From: Bernardetia sp. ABR2-2B
Lineage (GTDB): Bacteria > Bacteroidota > Bacteroidia > Cytophagales > Bernardetiaceae
Direction of reading: 5' to 3'
Assembly (NCBI RefSeq): GCF_037126435.1
Contig: NZ_CP147020.1
Coordinates: 1,587,293 to 1,651,292 of the forward strand
DNA: 64,000 nt
Part shown: one piece after another, positions 29,989-40,361 of the stretch
Layout of the letters: the number at the start of each line of letters is the position of its first letter
How positions within the stretch are numbered: the first letter of the stretch is position 1
Translations under genes and position numbers: made by a program
The notes under the pieces: generated by a model
Seen by the model: the letters and a program-made list of their open reading frames with translations, nothing else
The model's database searches: none
Told to the model about the DNA's origin: nothing

Positions 29989-31231
29989 GGAGTAAATATT
30001 GATTTTGGACAGTTTCAGCTGTTTTTTTTCTATAATCTTTCCATTGCCATTTTTTAGCTGTTTCTAAAGCCTCATGGCTTATTTTTGGAATCAAATGCTT
30101 GTTTTCTACACACCATTTCATTTGATTTAGTAACTCCTCCTCTTTTCCGACAGGTACAATCCATCCATTTTTGTTATGTATTATAAAATCTGGCGCCATA
30201 CTATTCGGTGTCGTAATTACTGGTACTCCTTGCGACATTGCCTCTGAAAGAACCATAGCAAAGCCATCTGCCAAAGTAGGTAAGATAAAAATATCAGCTT
30301 CTTTGTATAGCTGCATTAGTTCTTCCCTAGGAATACTGTCTTTTATTCTTACATTTTGTCCTATACCTTGTAATAATTTTTCTGGTAGTGTGTTCTTTCC
30401 AATTAACCAAAGTTCTGCTTCTTTTTCAGAAAAGTTTGCTTTTTTCCAAGCATTATATAGCAGATGTATTCCTTTACGAAGATTTTGAGTACCTGCATTT
30501 AGGAAAACGACAGGTCTATCATTTATATTTTTTTCCTTTATTATGGATAACGATTTTGGAAACCCATGAGGAATGACGTGTATTTTCTTCTTATCTATAT
30601 TTGCATCGACTAAGGTACGCTTGGTAAAAGAAGAGTTACAGAGAATTATATCTGTTGTGGAGAGTTCCTTATCACGTCTTTTATTTCTGTAAATTGATTT
30701 GTCATTAATCAATAAACTGGTTTCATTTGATGCTAATTCTGGATATTTTTTGAGTTGCTCAGTTACTATGGGAGCAAAAAAAGTATGATGCTGACTTGGC
30801 TGTTCATAGACTGTAAAAATACCTTTCTTTTTAGCCATTTGTAGAGTAGCTAAAGAAGCGTGTTCATAACAATGTACAGCATTAGGTTGAATAGCTTTTA
30901 TTTGACTAGCTACCCATCTATCAAAAGAATACTCTGCCCATTCAAATACGGTATCAGTAGTAGCTGCAGAAGTATAGCGACTAGCAAAAAGTCTTAAAAG
31001 CTCTTTATAAGGATATGTTTTGATTCTACTATAAGGAATTTCATGTATAGCTTTTCTTTCTAGTTGTGTTTTGAGGTAAGGAGCAATTTTGGTAATTAAA
31101 TTAGACAAGAAATATTCTTTGTGGCTAATAAAAGTAGTAAGAAAACTCTCCAATAAGTTATTTTCGTGATAAGCCAAAGCTGTTTGACGTATAAAAATAC
31201 CAGCCTGTGGATGAGCATGTAAAACTTTCAT
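29963..31231 (-). CDS. glycosyltransferase family 4
   Basis: Signature …ADGFAMVLSEAMSQGVPVITT…. Confidence 0.75.
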   Translation of the reverse strand: MKVLHAHPQAGIFIRQTALAYHENNLLESFLTTFISHKEYFLSNLITKIAPYLKTQLERKAIHEIPYSRIKTYPYKELLRLFASRYTSAATTDTVFEWAEYSFDRWVASQIKAIQPNAVHCYEHASLATLQMAKKKGIFTVYEQPSQHHTFFAPIVTEQLKKYPELASNETSLLINDKSIYRNKRRDKELSTTDIILCNSSFTKRTLVDANIDKKKIHVIPHGFPKSLSIIKEKNINDRPVVFLNAGTQNLRKGIHLLYNAWKKANFSEKEAELWLIGKNTLPEKLLQGIGQNVRIKDSIPREELMQLYKEADIFILPTLADGFAMVLSEAMSQGVPVITTPNSMAPDFIIHNKNGWIVPVGKEEELLNQMKWCVENKHLIPKISHEALETAKKWQWKDYRKKTAETVQNQYLLHEEAKNRK

Positions 31232-31246
31232 AAAGTAAAGAAACTA

Positions 31247-31966
31247 TTATTTAATACAATCAACATATAAAGAATAAGGACGATGGTTTTCCAAATCATC
31301 TTTTAGCTTATCGTCTATCGACACCTTCCATTTTTGATGAATTACTTTACTAAACCCTGCTTTTTTGACTACATGTTTTAAGGTTTCGAAGTCGTAAGCA
31401 AACTTATGTTCTCCGTCTTGTCTGAAGACATGGTTTAATAAATAAGCTGCTGTTGGAGCTTCTTCATTGCCTACTTCAAAACCCATTTCTTTCCATAAAA
31501 CCATATCTTTTTCGTAATATGCTTTTATAAACTTTGTGATGTCAGGTACTACAATTCTTAATACTGCATCTTCTTTCAACACTCTTCTACATTCTCTCAA
31601 AAAATCAGGCACTTCGTCTTGCATAGTTAGATGTTCAAAAACGTGTTCACAACGAATACGCTTAACAGAGTTATCTCTAAAAGGCATTTTACGACGACAA
31701 TCATACGTAAATGTAACGTTATCTAATTTGAACATATCGACGTTGATCCATCCTTTTTTACCAAAAGGACCTGCTCCTACATTCAAAGATATATTGTCTT
31801 GCTTAGTGTATTTTGTTACGTTAGCTCTTTTAAGAGGATTCAAACTTGTATTAAGTCTCAAAAAAAAGGCATTCAACTCATGTCTAAAAATATTAAAATT
31901 TTCTTTAGATAAAGGAAGTTTAGGAATTAAAATTTTTCCTATTCGCTGTTTGAATGTTAGGCTCAT
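31247..31966 (-). CDS. class I SAM-dependent methyltransferase
   Basis: Gly-rich motif I LNVGAGPFGKKGWINVD and an acidic motif II downstream. Confidence 0.5.
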   Translation of the reverse strand: MSLTFKQRIGKILIPKLPLSKENFNIFRHELNAFFLRLNTSLNPLKRANVTKYTKQDNISLNVGAGPFGKKGWINVDMFKLDNVTFTYDCRRKMPFRDNSVKRIRCEHVFEHLTMQDEVPDFLRECRRVLKEDAVLRIVVPDITKFIKAYYEKDMVLWKEMGFEVGNEEAPTAAYLLNHVFRQDGEHKFAYDFETLKHVVKKAGFSKVIHQKWKVSIDDKLKDDLENHRPYSLYVDCIK

Positions 31967-31969
31967 AAA

Positions 31970-32836
31970 TTAGGTATTGATTCGATTTCTGACGTAGTCT
32001 ATATCTGCAATCGCCAAAATATTTATATGTGTATCTTGGGGTAAGTTTGTTAGAGGAATAAGCTTATTTTTGTGGTAATTATAATCATAAAAAGAATATC
32101 CTGCTTCTCTTAAAATAGCTGCTACATCTTTTTTCCCTGTATCAAACTTTTCTTGTTGTTGATTTACTTCAAGTAATATACATTTAATTTTTTGACTAGT
32201 TAGTAGTTTGTTTGCTCCTTCAAAGACAAACTTTTCAGCTCCTTCAACGTCAATTTTGACAAAATCAAGTGAAGAAATATTCTCTTCTTGGCAATAATCA
32301 TCCATTTTTTGAGATTTAACCTCAATAGAATTTAATGCCTTAGACTCTTTTATATTGAGAAGTAAATGGTTTTCCATATCTTTTCCGATAGAAAACTCTA
32401 AGATACCATTTTGGTCTGCTAATGCGATATCTTCCAATACTATGTGCTGAAGATTATTAACAAGTAACTGCTCTTTACAACGTTGGTGGTTTTTAGGATC
32501 TGGTTCGAAAGCTATAATTTTACCATCCTCTACAAATTTGGACATCCATAAAGAATAGATACCTATATTAGCCCCTATATCAAATACTGTATCTGTATTT
32601 TTGAGGTATTTGGATAAAAAAACAAACTCTTTTTTGTCGTAAAAATAAGAATATATCAACCACATTGAGCTAGTGGAGTCGGGATAACAATAGATGCTTC
32701 TATTTCCCCAAAAAGTATATTTTAGTTTTTGATTTTGATTTTTGGCTTGCTTCCACTTAAGAAGTCTAATTAATGCTTCTATAGGTTTTTTTCTGTTGTA
32801 GTCATATGAAAATAATGTCTTCAGTTTACTAATCAT
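31970..32836 (-). CDS. FkbM-family methyltransferase
   Basis: Motifs VFDIGANIGIYSLW and FEPDPKN are typical of the FkbM domain. Confidence 0.7.
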   Translation of the reverse strand: MISKLKTLFSYDYNRKKPIEALIRLLKWKQAKNQNQKLKYTFWGNRSIYCYPDSTSSMWLIYSYFYDKKEFVFLSKYLKNTDTVFDIGANIGIYSLWMSKFVEDGKIIAFEPDPKNHQRCKEQLLVNNLQHIVLEDIALADQNGILEFSIGKDMENHLLLNIKESKALNSIEVKSQKMDDYCQEENISSLDFVKIDVEGAEKFVFEGANKLLTSQKIKCILLEVNQQQEKFDTGKKDVAAILREAGYSFYDYNYHKNKLIPLTNLPQDTHINILAIADIDYVRNRINT

Positions 32837-32838
32837 AA

Positions 32839-33873
32839 CTATACTACAATTTTATTATAAATTTCTAAATAATTATTTGCGATAACGGAAGCACTAAATC
32901 TACTTTCTGTATCTTTTCTTACTTCTAAACGAGAAATAGCCTCTATTTTTTCCACAGCTTCTATCATTTGCTGAATAGTTTGGCAAATGTAACCATTTAT
33001 TCCGTGCTGGACAACCTCTGGAACAGAACCTCTACCAAAACCAATAACAGGAGTTCCACATGCCATTGCTTCTGCCATCACAATACCAAAAGGCTCATTC
33101 CATAGAATAGGCATCAAAAAAGCAGATGCTTTTCCTAAAATTTCATTTTTTTGCATATCGTTTACAGCTCCTACATACATAATTTGAGTATCATCTAAAT
33201 GAGGTTTTATTTGAGAGTTGAAATACCCTGTTTGCTCATCATCTTTTGGTATATTTCCAGCAATGACTAATTTTCTACCTGTTTTCTTTGCTACTTCAAT
33301 GGCAACATGAGTTCCTTTTATGTGTTCTACTCTACCCAAAAAAACCAAGGGCGCATCCTCTTCTACTTTTTCTTGATAATCATAAATTTCTATTGGAACA
33401 CCATTAAAAACAGCATAACTAGGCGCATAAGGACGAATCTGTGAGGCAATATATTCACTACATCCAGAAAAATGCAATGTATTTTTTTTGGATAATTGTA
33501 TGGCTTTCTTGATTTGTGAAATAGTTGGTTCACGTTGGTAGCTCATCAAAATTGGAATAGAAGTAGGCAAAATAGGAGTTAAATAAGCCAAACGTCCAAA
33601 ACTATGTACTACATCAACATCTTTTAATTCCTTATTTATCAACAATTTACTAACTGTAATAGTGTTTTTGAGTATATTTTTGATACCTATACTACTTTTA
33701 CTAGGGTAAGGAATTAGTTTTGCAGAGGTAACTGAATCTTCATTTCCAAATAAGATTATCTCATGTCCTTTTTTAGTATATTGAGCAATAAGCATATCTA
33801 TAATACGCTCAATTCCTCCATATAAAAGAGGTGGGACTGCAACTTCAGCATCTGTTGTAATGGCTATTTTCAT
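32839..33873 (-). CDS. glycosyltransferase family 4
   Basis: Signature …EPFGIVMAEAMACGTPVIGF…. Confidence 0.75.
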   Translation of the reverse strand: MKIAITTDAEVAVPPLLYGGIERIIDMLIAQYTKKGHEIILFGNEDSVTSAKLIPYPSKSSIGIKNILKNTITVSKLLINKELKDVDVVHSFGRLAYLTPILPTSIPILMSYQREPTISQIKKAIQLSKKNTLHFSGCSEYIASQIRPYAPSYAVFNGVPIEIYDYQEKVEEDAPLVFLGRVEHIKGTHVAIEVAKKTGRKLVIAGNIPKDDEQTGYFNSQIKPHLDDTQIMYVGAVNDMQKNEILGKASAFLMPILWNEPFGIVMAEAMACGTPVIGFGRGSVPEVVQHGINGYICQTIQQMIEAVEKIEAISRLEVRKDTESRFSASVIANNYLEIYNKIVV

Positions 33874-34133
33874 TTTTTTATTTTTGTCCGATAAAAAGAG
33901 AATTATAAATAATAAACATCTCCTCTCCTACTTTTTTCGTGGTTATAGGAGTTTTTATACTTTTTTAGTATAGATATTGACTTTTGCTGTTTCGCTATTT
34001 TAGTTTTTTTAAGTATTTACATATGATTAATGTAGAATATTTCTTTGGGAGTTGAGGTTAAATAAATCAGTATTTTTAATTTACTGATATTCAGAATTTT
34101 GTAACGTTTTTTAAGAATAGATTTTATACGTGT

Positions 34134-34175
34134 ACTTGTTGGTATCGCCGAGCTAAAACACCAACAAAGGCTAGG
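34134..34175. repeat. copy 1 of the hairpin repeat family (core GCTAAAACACCAACAAAGGCTAG)
   Basis: TTGTTGGT…ACCAACAA inverted arms around the loop ATCGCCGAGCTAAA. Near-identical copies at 50347-50386 and 57696-57732. Confidence 0.75.
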
Positions 34176-34176
34176 T

Positions 34177-34224
34177 TATTTTTCCTTAGAATTGGGTTTA
34201 CAAACCCAATTCTAAGGAAAAATA
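34177..34224. repeat. perfect 48-bp palindrome (TATTTTTCCTTAGAATTGGGTTTACAAACCCAATTCTAAGGAAAAATA)
   Basis: Self-complementary over the full length with a 3-nt centre (ACA). Sits about 25 nt 3' of the stop of 34248..35486. Confidence 0.8.
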
Positions 34225-34247
34225 TGCATTCTTAAAAACTTCACTAT

Positions 34248-35486
34248 TTAAAAGTAATACTTACTAACTAATATTCTTCCCATATACATTATCCCTGACA
34301 TGCTATGCAAAGCTATTAAAAACCATATGCTTATTTTTTTTAAATCTAGTGATTCTGTTAGAGTACGTTTCATAAACTCTACTCCAAAGACTAAGAACAT
34401 AATATAATTACACATAGTAACTTGCCAAAGGAAATTACCAGATGGAGCAATAGAGCTATTATTTACTTCTGCAAATGAAACAAATATCATAAGAGCAAGT
34501 ATAGAAAAAGCTAAGGAGTAGTAAACCAAATTACTATGTTTCTTATAAAAGACAAAATATAGAATTGGTAATATAGACACAGAAAAAAATGAAAGGATAG
34601 GAGCTAATATAGGATTACCTAACTGTAGTTGCCACACAGAAAATGGCGAAAATATAATACTTGGCTGGTTTATCTGTGCATAACTTCCTCCATAATCAGA
34701 ACTAAACAATATTAAAGAATGTAACAATATTAAAATAAAAGGAATTACACAAGCTGGTAAAGCCAACCAAAAGTTTTTTGTTAATTTATATTTGTAGAAG
34801 ATACAACAAAAATAAATAGGTGAAAAACATAACGTAAAGTTTGGTTTGACAAAAAAACAAGTTATAGCTAGTATAGTAATTAAAGTATTTAATCCTTTTT
34901 CGTTTAGAAAAACTTTTTTGTAGGTCAAATAAAACAGAAGCACACAAAAAGGTAACATAAAAGTAGTGGTAGAATTGTGCCAAGTATTAGGAGACAATTC
35001 ACCCATATAGAAATTTAAGTGATTTCTATCTAAAATTGTATTAAACGGAATATGCCCTACAAAACATATTGCTATCGCCAAATAATTAATATAATTATCA
35101 AAAACCTTTGTATCGATATTATAAATAATTAAGTAATCTTTTATAATCCATTTACTTATACTATATTTTGCTGCCCATGATAAAGAAAGCACAATAGCAG
35201 AAATAAAACCCAGCCACTGAAGGTTAGCATAAAAACCTCCCAAGACTATGACCGTACCAAAGTATAAAAAATTTAGAGGAGCATGAGATAATCCTTTTTC
35301 TATCCACAGTTTAGCAAATCCAGCATGTGGCTTTATGTCAGTGAAATTTTTACCTGCTAGAGCTGGATGCAATAAATAAACATACATTAAAAATGCAATA
35401 AAAAAAGTTATATAAAAAAACTTATCTTTCAAAACAAATTTTATTATTGCTGATGTTTTTTCTTTATTCATTTTTTCTTTATTCAT
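34248..35486 (-). CDS. polytopic membrane protein, candidate Wzy-like polymerase (paralog of 43681..44901)
   Basis: 412 aa with about 10 TM helices. Clear paralogy to 43681..44901 (…KDKFFYITFFIAFLMYVYLLHP… vs …KDKTFYIVLALSFMVYVYMLHP…; NTWHNSTT, KPNFTLCFSPIYF and NFLWQV(T/V)MCNYIM are shared). Confidence 0.45.
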   Translation of the reverse strand: MNKEKMNKEKTSAIIKFVLKDKFFYITFFIAFLMYVYLLHPALAGKNFTDIKPHAGFAKLWIEKGLSHAPLNFLYFGTVIVLGGFYANLQWLGFISAIVLSLSWAAKYSISKWIIKDYLIIYNIDTKVFDNYINYLAIAICFVGHIPFNTILDRNHLNFYMGELSPNTWHNSTTTFMLPFCVLLFYLTYKKVFLNEKGLNTLITILAITCFFVKPNFTLCFSPIYFCCIFYKYKLTKNFWLALPACVIPFILILLHSLILFSSDYGGSYAQINQPSIIFSPFSVWQLQLGNPILAPILSFFSVSILPILYFVFYKKHSNLVYYSLAFSILALMIFVSFAEVNNSSIAPSGNFLWQVTMCNYIMFLVFGVEFMKRTLTESLDLKKISIWFLIALHSMSGIMYMGRILVSKYYF

Positions 35487-35512
35487 TTTTTCTATTATGA
35501 AATAATATAGAT

Positions 35513-36841
35513 TTACAAAGATAAATATATTTTTATCATTTCTCTACCTACCTCTTTCGTGGTTCTGGGAGTTTTTATATTTCTTTTGAGTTTATGAGCT
35601 AAATCTTTTTGATGAGCTACTTTTACTAATGTCTTTTTTAATGATTCTGTATCATCAAATTGATATAAAAAACCTGTTTTATTGTCTTCAACAAGTTCTA
35701 CTACTCCTCCTATGTTTGCAGCAATAATCGGAATTTGATTTGCAAATGCCTCATAAGCTACAATAGGTCCTGTTTCTAAACACGTCGAAGGGATACATAA
35801 ATAATCTAGTTTTTCCATAAAAGAGTTTACCTTTTCTGCTGGTAGATTTTCTTGATATTTTATATTTGGTAAAGATTGTATTTTTTTTTGTAAACTATTA
35901 TAATATTCTAAATAATAATCCTGCTTTACACCTACAATATCTAGTTCAAGTTCAAGATTTGGATTTTCTGTCAATGCCTTTTCATATCCATCTAACAAAA
36001 CATGCAACCCTTTCATGGGTTCTAGTCTTCCAATAAATCCAATTTTTATATTCTCTTGTGGCTTTTCTGTTTTTGTTGCCTCTTGTGCATTTATATTTTC
36101 TAAATAGGTCGTACTTACTCCTTGCCTACAAATTTTGAGGTGACTTGATGAAACATTGTTTATTAAAAAAGCATCATAGAGCCACTGACAAACTGCAATA
36201 ATATAATTTGTATTTTTTTCTAATTCTACAAGCGTATTTTTTTTCTGACTGACAATACTAAATTGAGGAACTTTACTTTTCAGAAGGTTTGATATAAGAG
36301 TTGATTTGGCAAGTATTCCTGTAACTTCTGCCACTATTTTGTTTTTGTGTCTCTGTTGTGCCTGACAATAACCACAGGTAGTGTTTTGTAGTTTTCCATT
36401 ACAAACTTTGTTGGGGTATTGTATAAAATCTCCTTTTGGACAAATAACACCAGGGATATGTGCCGTAAAAAGTGTTTTGATTCCTTTCTCTTTGGCTATT
36501 TTGAGATGACGATAATTAAGTGGTGTGGAGAGGGTATGTAAATGAAAAATATCAGGTTTTAACTTGTTCAGTAATTCTTCAAAATTTTGCCACCCTCTAC
36601 AAATTACTTTATCTGTTACTTCCTCATGAGTTAGCTCTTCTGGAACTCCAAATCGATGTACTTTATGTTCTTTTCCTTTTACATCTTCGTTTTGATAGGA
36701 ATAATTTCCTTTAGAACTAGGCGCAATAACAATAACTTCTATATTTTGAGAAACAAGATAGATAGCCAAATCGTGGACATACTTTTCTGTTCCTCCAATA
36801 GAATCGGGATAATAATAGCCTACTCCTAATGCAATTTTCAT
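35513..36841 (-). CDS. glycosyltransferase family 4
   Basis: N-terminal …YYPDSIGGTEKYVHDLA… and C-terminal …GGVVELVEDNKTGFL… motifs. Confidence 0.75.
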   Translation of the reverse strand: MKIALGVGYYYPDSIGGTEKYVHDLAIYLVSQNIEVIVIAPSSKGNYSYQNEDVKGKEHKVHRFGVPEELTHEEVTDKVICRGWQNFEELLNKLKPDIFHLHTLSTPLNYRHLKIAKEKGIKTLFTAHIPGVICPKGDFIQYPNKVCNGKLQNTTCGYCQAQQRHKNKIVAEVTGILAKSTLISNLLKSKVPQFSIVSQKKNTLVELEKNTNYIIAVCQWLYDAFLINNVSSSHLKICRQGVSTTYLENINAQEATKTEKPQENIKIGFIGRLEPMKGLHVLLDGYEKALTENPNLELELDIVGVKQDYYLEYYNSLQKKIQSLPNIKYQENLPAEKVNSFMEKLDYLCIPSTCLETGPIVAYEAFANQIPIIAANIGGVVELVEDNKTGFLYQFDDTESLKKTLVKVAHQKDLAHKLKRNIKTPRTTKEVGREMIKIYLSL

Positions 36842-36853
36842 TTTTCTGTCTAT

Positions 36854-37819
36854 TTATTTTTTTCTTATTTTTCTATACGAATTAGCTAACCGTTCAGCCT
36901 TTGTGTACCCTATCAGAGAACTCAAATATTTCATTCCTTTTGATTTTTGAGGAATAAAATGAGGTTCTATTTCGTAAATTTTAGCAATTGCTTCTTTAAA
37001 AAGTTGCTTTTCATTATTTAATCCAAAAACTTGAATGCAATAACGATAACACTCTATTAAAGCATGTGCTTTGTCTTTTCTAGTTTTTAAATCACTCTTC
37101 CATAATTCATGAATTTGTTTTGCATTTGTAAAAACATCACTTACAAACTTCACTTCACCATGACGTTGTGATAAAGAAGTTCCTTCCGAAACTCTATATT
37201 TTGCCATTATTCCTTTAGTATAAACAAACTTTCCTTTTTGAATAGCTGCATCTAAAAAATAACGAGCGTCTTGAATAATTGGTAAGTCCGTATTCCAAAC
37301 TCCAATTTTATCTACAATAGATTTAGAATATAAAATAGCAGCAGGAGGACACCAAAAGTCTGTAAAAAGAGCAATTTCTTCATCTCCTTCAATTTGTCTT
37401 TCTACTTTTTCTAAATACTTCTTTTCTTTATTTTGATCACTTATTTTTTCAGAAAACTTCTGCCAATCTCCGTAGGCTACATCAGCTTTGTTTTCTTCTA
37501 AGGCTTTGTATTGAATTTCTATTTTCTGAGAAGTAAGCAAATCATCACTATCCAAATATTGAATATATTCTCCTTTTGCTAGTTTTCTACCTGTTTCTCT
37601 AGCTGCACTTACACCTCTATTGGGCGTATCTATTAAAATAATTTGATTCTGTTGTTCATACTCTTTCAGAATAGTTAAAGTAGAATCTGTTGAACCATCA
37701 TTAACTACAATAACTTCTACATTTTCAATTCCAATACTTTGATTAAATACACTTTCTAAGGTCTCTTTAATAAAAGATTCGCAATTGTAAGCAGGAATAA
37801 TAACAGAAATGAGTTTCAT
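36854..37819 (-). CDS. glycosyltransferase family 2
   Basis: N-terminal VIIPAYNCESFIKETLESV…VVNDGSTD (GT-A fold, DxD region). Confidence 0.8.
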   Translation of the reverse strand: MKLISVIIPAYNCESFIKETLESVFNQSIGIENVEVIVVNDGSTDSTLTILKEYEQQNQIILIDTPNRGVSAARETGRKLAKGEYIQYLDSDDLLTSQKIEIQYKALEENKADVAYGDWQKFSEKISDQNKEKKYLEKVERQIEGDEEIALFTDFWCPPAAILYSKSIVDKIGVWNTDLPIIQDARYFLDAAIQKGKFVYTKGIMAKYRVSEGTSLSQRHGEVKFVSDVFTNAKQIHELWKSDLKTRKDKAHALIECYRYCIQVFGLNNEKQLFKEAIAKIYEIEPHFIPQKSKGMKYLSSLIGYTKAERLANSYRKIRKK

Positions 37820-38066
37820 TAAAATAATTACGAATTAAAGATTACGGATTACGGATTACGAATGTAAATACTTTGAACTCTATATGATTTTAAGCTGCAA
37901 CTTAAGGAAATTTGACTTATCAGTACACCTTCAAGGTGTCAGATAATTTGTTTTTGAACTGTACTGACACTTATGAAAGTGTCTGACAGAGTAAAGTGCA
38001 ACTAATTTGATAAAGAACCATAGTTTGTAATAAAATTTTTACTGTAAAAACTGTCAAACGACCAGT

Positions 38067-40331
38067 TTATTCTACATCTAAAAAAACTTTTTCTTTGAGC
38101 CACTCTGTCGTGAGTTGCATTCCTTCTTGAAAATCAATTTTTGGTTTCCAGTTTAGTTGTTCTTTTGCCTTTTGGGAAGAAAACTTCGTTTTTGTATCAG
38201 CAAACAGATTATTAAGCCAGTTAGGTGGATTAAATGGAGCTTCACTTGGTTTCATTATAGTATCAAAATTTGCTGTACTTTCTCTATGCTGATAGACTTT
38301 TTGTTTTACATTTGGCGTAAGTGATAAAGCTACTTTTTTGAGAGACTTTAGAGAAGGATTACGGTTTATGATTTCCATCATTTCATAACTTCCTAATAAG
38401 CTTTTGGCTGTAACGATAAGATTTTCCGATTTATTAAAACTTCCCTTTTCTAATTCATTTTTGGTCAGAGAAGGAATATTTTGTGCTTTATCTAATAAAA
38501 GAGGCATCAAAAATTCTTTCCAAGTTGTATGTCCATCATTAATAATATAATTTTCTCCATGTGCTTTTGGTGTATGCAAAGCAAGTAACATCGCTTCAAT
38601 AAGATTATCTATATAGACGTAATTTGCAATTCCTTGTCCGTTATTTATCCAAGAAAAACAATTTGTATTCCTCAAAGTATAAGGAAGTGTTGTATAAGTT
38701 TTGCCATCTACTCCATATACGCACGTTGGGTTTACGATAGAAAGATGAAGTTCTGGGTGTTTTTTTGCCCAGTTTAACGCCCATTTTTGCATAACAGCCT
38801 TAGTCGCTCCATAATTTTGTCCAGCAGGAACTACTTTTTTATTATTCCAAGATTCATCGACAACTCCATCCGTGGCTGGTGATGTGGGGAAGCCATATAC
38901 ATTCATTGTGCTTGTGATGACTATCCCTTTTACGCCATTTTCGGTAGCTGCTTTTACTAAGTTTTTTGTTCCATTTACATTTACTTCATAGGCATTGTTT
39001 CCATCAGCTGCTACTGCCAAATGAAAAATATACTCTTTCCCTTTTGTAGCTTCTTTTACAGCTTCATAATCTAATAAGTTTAGACGAGGCATTTCTACAT
39101 TTTCCCACCTTGAAATAGAAGCACAATTTCGATAATGCCTAACAGGTGCAGTTATTTGATTTCCTTCTTCTGCCAAACGATTTATCAAAGCTGTTCCTAT
39201 AAATCCTGTTCCACCTGTAACTAGGTATTTACTAGCCTCTTTTTTAAGAAAAGGAGTGGATGTATTTCGTTTGTTGTATGCCCATTCTACTAAAGCTACT
39301 GTTTTTGATGCTTGATTGGCATCTACATAATTCACTTCTTTTTTTCCTTCTTTTTTAGTCAGTATTGTTTGAGCAAAATCATAAATCTGTTCTACAAAAG
39401 CAGCTTCAAACGTATGAGTAAGCAAATCAGAAGCTGAAAAAGGTTCTTCATTTCGTAGCGTACGAATAGCTAAATCTTTTTTGTTTTGGAAAAACGCCTT
39501 TTCAAAGTCATCTTTTTCTATCCATGCTGTTCCATTCTCTCCAATTACCTCAAGTCTGTTTTTTAATGTATGCGTACGAGAAAACTTTAAATTAACAGGA
39601 ATATTTTCTTTTGTTTTGAGCGAATACGTACAATTTGCTTCTGTTCTTCCTTTCCAATCTTCTTGATACTCAATAGGCTCTAAATCTCCAAACAAACTAT
39701 ATAACATATCCAAATAGTGGATACCCATATCAGCCAAAACACCTCCGTTTTTTCCATTATAAAAATCATAACTATCAGCTACCCAAGCAAAATTTCCTCC
39801 ATCAGCCACTTTTATCTCTTTTACCTTACCTATTATATTATTATCAATAATAAATTGTAATGATTTCAGACTTGCTAATTTTCTTCTAACCATTGCAGCA
39901 GCTATAACTACATTTTTTTGCCTTGCTTGTTCGAATAATTCTAAGGAGCTTTCTTTATCTAAAGTAAGAGGTTTTTCACACAAAACATCAATTCCTTTCT
40001 CAATACACATTTGCATTGCCTCAAAATGCAGAAAATTAGGTAGTGCAATAATTACTAAAGTTGGTCTATCTTTATTTGGGGTATAATTATTCAAAAAGCT
40101 TTCAAAGTCTTGTTGAATTACTTTTATTCCTAAATTATTCAGTTTTTCTTGCTCTTTGTTAGAAGGCTCTATAATAGATATATTTTTATCTAACTTTAGA
40201 ATTTGAAACGCTGGAATATAAAACTCTTGAACAACAGCTCCACCTCCTAGTATAACCCAATCAAAATTTTCGATCATTTTTTTCTGTTTTATTGTTTTTA
40301 TGTTTGTATTGGTAGAAGAAATTGTAGTCAT
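38067..40331 (-). CDS. bifunctional fusion: Gfo/Idh/MocA-family oxidoreductase (N-terminal) plus NAD-dependent sugar epimerase/dehydratase (C-terminal)
   Basis: N-terminal Rossmann WVILGGGAVVQE and a GFO_IDH_MocA-like layout. C-terminal half starts VTGGTGFIGTALINRL with a YxxxK-type SDR catalytic region (YGATK). Confidence 0.65.
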   Translation of the reverse strand: MTTISSTNTNIKTIKQKKMIENFDWVILGGGAVVQEFYIPAFQILKLDKNISIIEPSNKEQEKLNNLGIKVIQQDFESFLNNYTPNKDRPTLVIIALPNFLHFEAMQMCIEKGIDVLCEKPLTLDKESSLELFEQARQKNVVIAAAMVRRKLASLKSLQFIIDNNIIGKVKEIKVADGGNFAWVADSYDFYNGKNGGVLADMGIHYLDMLYSLFGDLEPIEYQEDWKGRTEANCTYSLKTKENIPVNLKFSRTHTLKNRLEVIGENGTAWIEKDDFEKAFFQNKKDLAIRTLRNEEPFSASDLLTHTFEAAFVEQIYDFAQTILTKKEGKKEVNYVDANQASKTVALVEWAYNKRNTSTPFLKKEASKYLVTGGTGFIGTALINRLAEEGNQITAPVRHYRNCASISRWENVEMPRLNLLDYEAVKEATKGKEYIFHLAVAADGNNAYEVNVNGTKNLVKAATENGVKGIVITSTMNVYGFPTSPATDGVVDESWNNKKVVPAGQNYGATKAVMQKWALNWAKKHPELHLSIVNPTCVYGVDGKTYTTLPYTLRNTNCFSWINNGQGIANYVYIDNLIEAMLLALHTPKAHGENYIINDGHTTWKEFLMPLLLDKAQNIPSLTKNELEKGSFNKSENLIVTAKSLLGSYEMMEIINRNPSLKSLKKVALSLTPNVKQKVYQHRESTANFDTIMKPSEAPFNPPNWLNNLFADTKTKFSSQKAKEQLNWKPKIDFQEGMQLTTEWLKEKVFLDVE

Positions 40332-40361
40332 GAGTAATGAAAATTAGTTACTTTTTTTAGA

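Noticed and set aside
37841-37862. Tandem GATTACG x3 (gattacggattacggattacg)
   Set aside because: Only three units of a 7-mer in AT-rich intergenic DNA. It is too short to call a microsatellite, and there is no CRISPR-like spacing or conservation.
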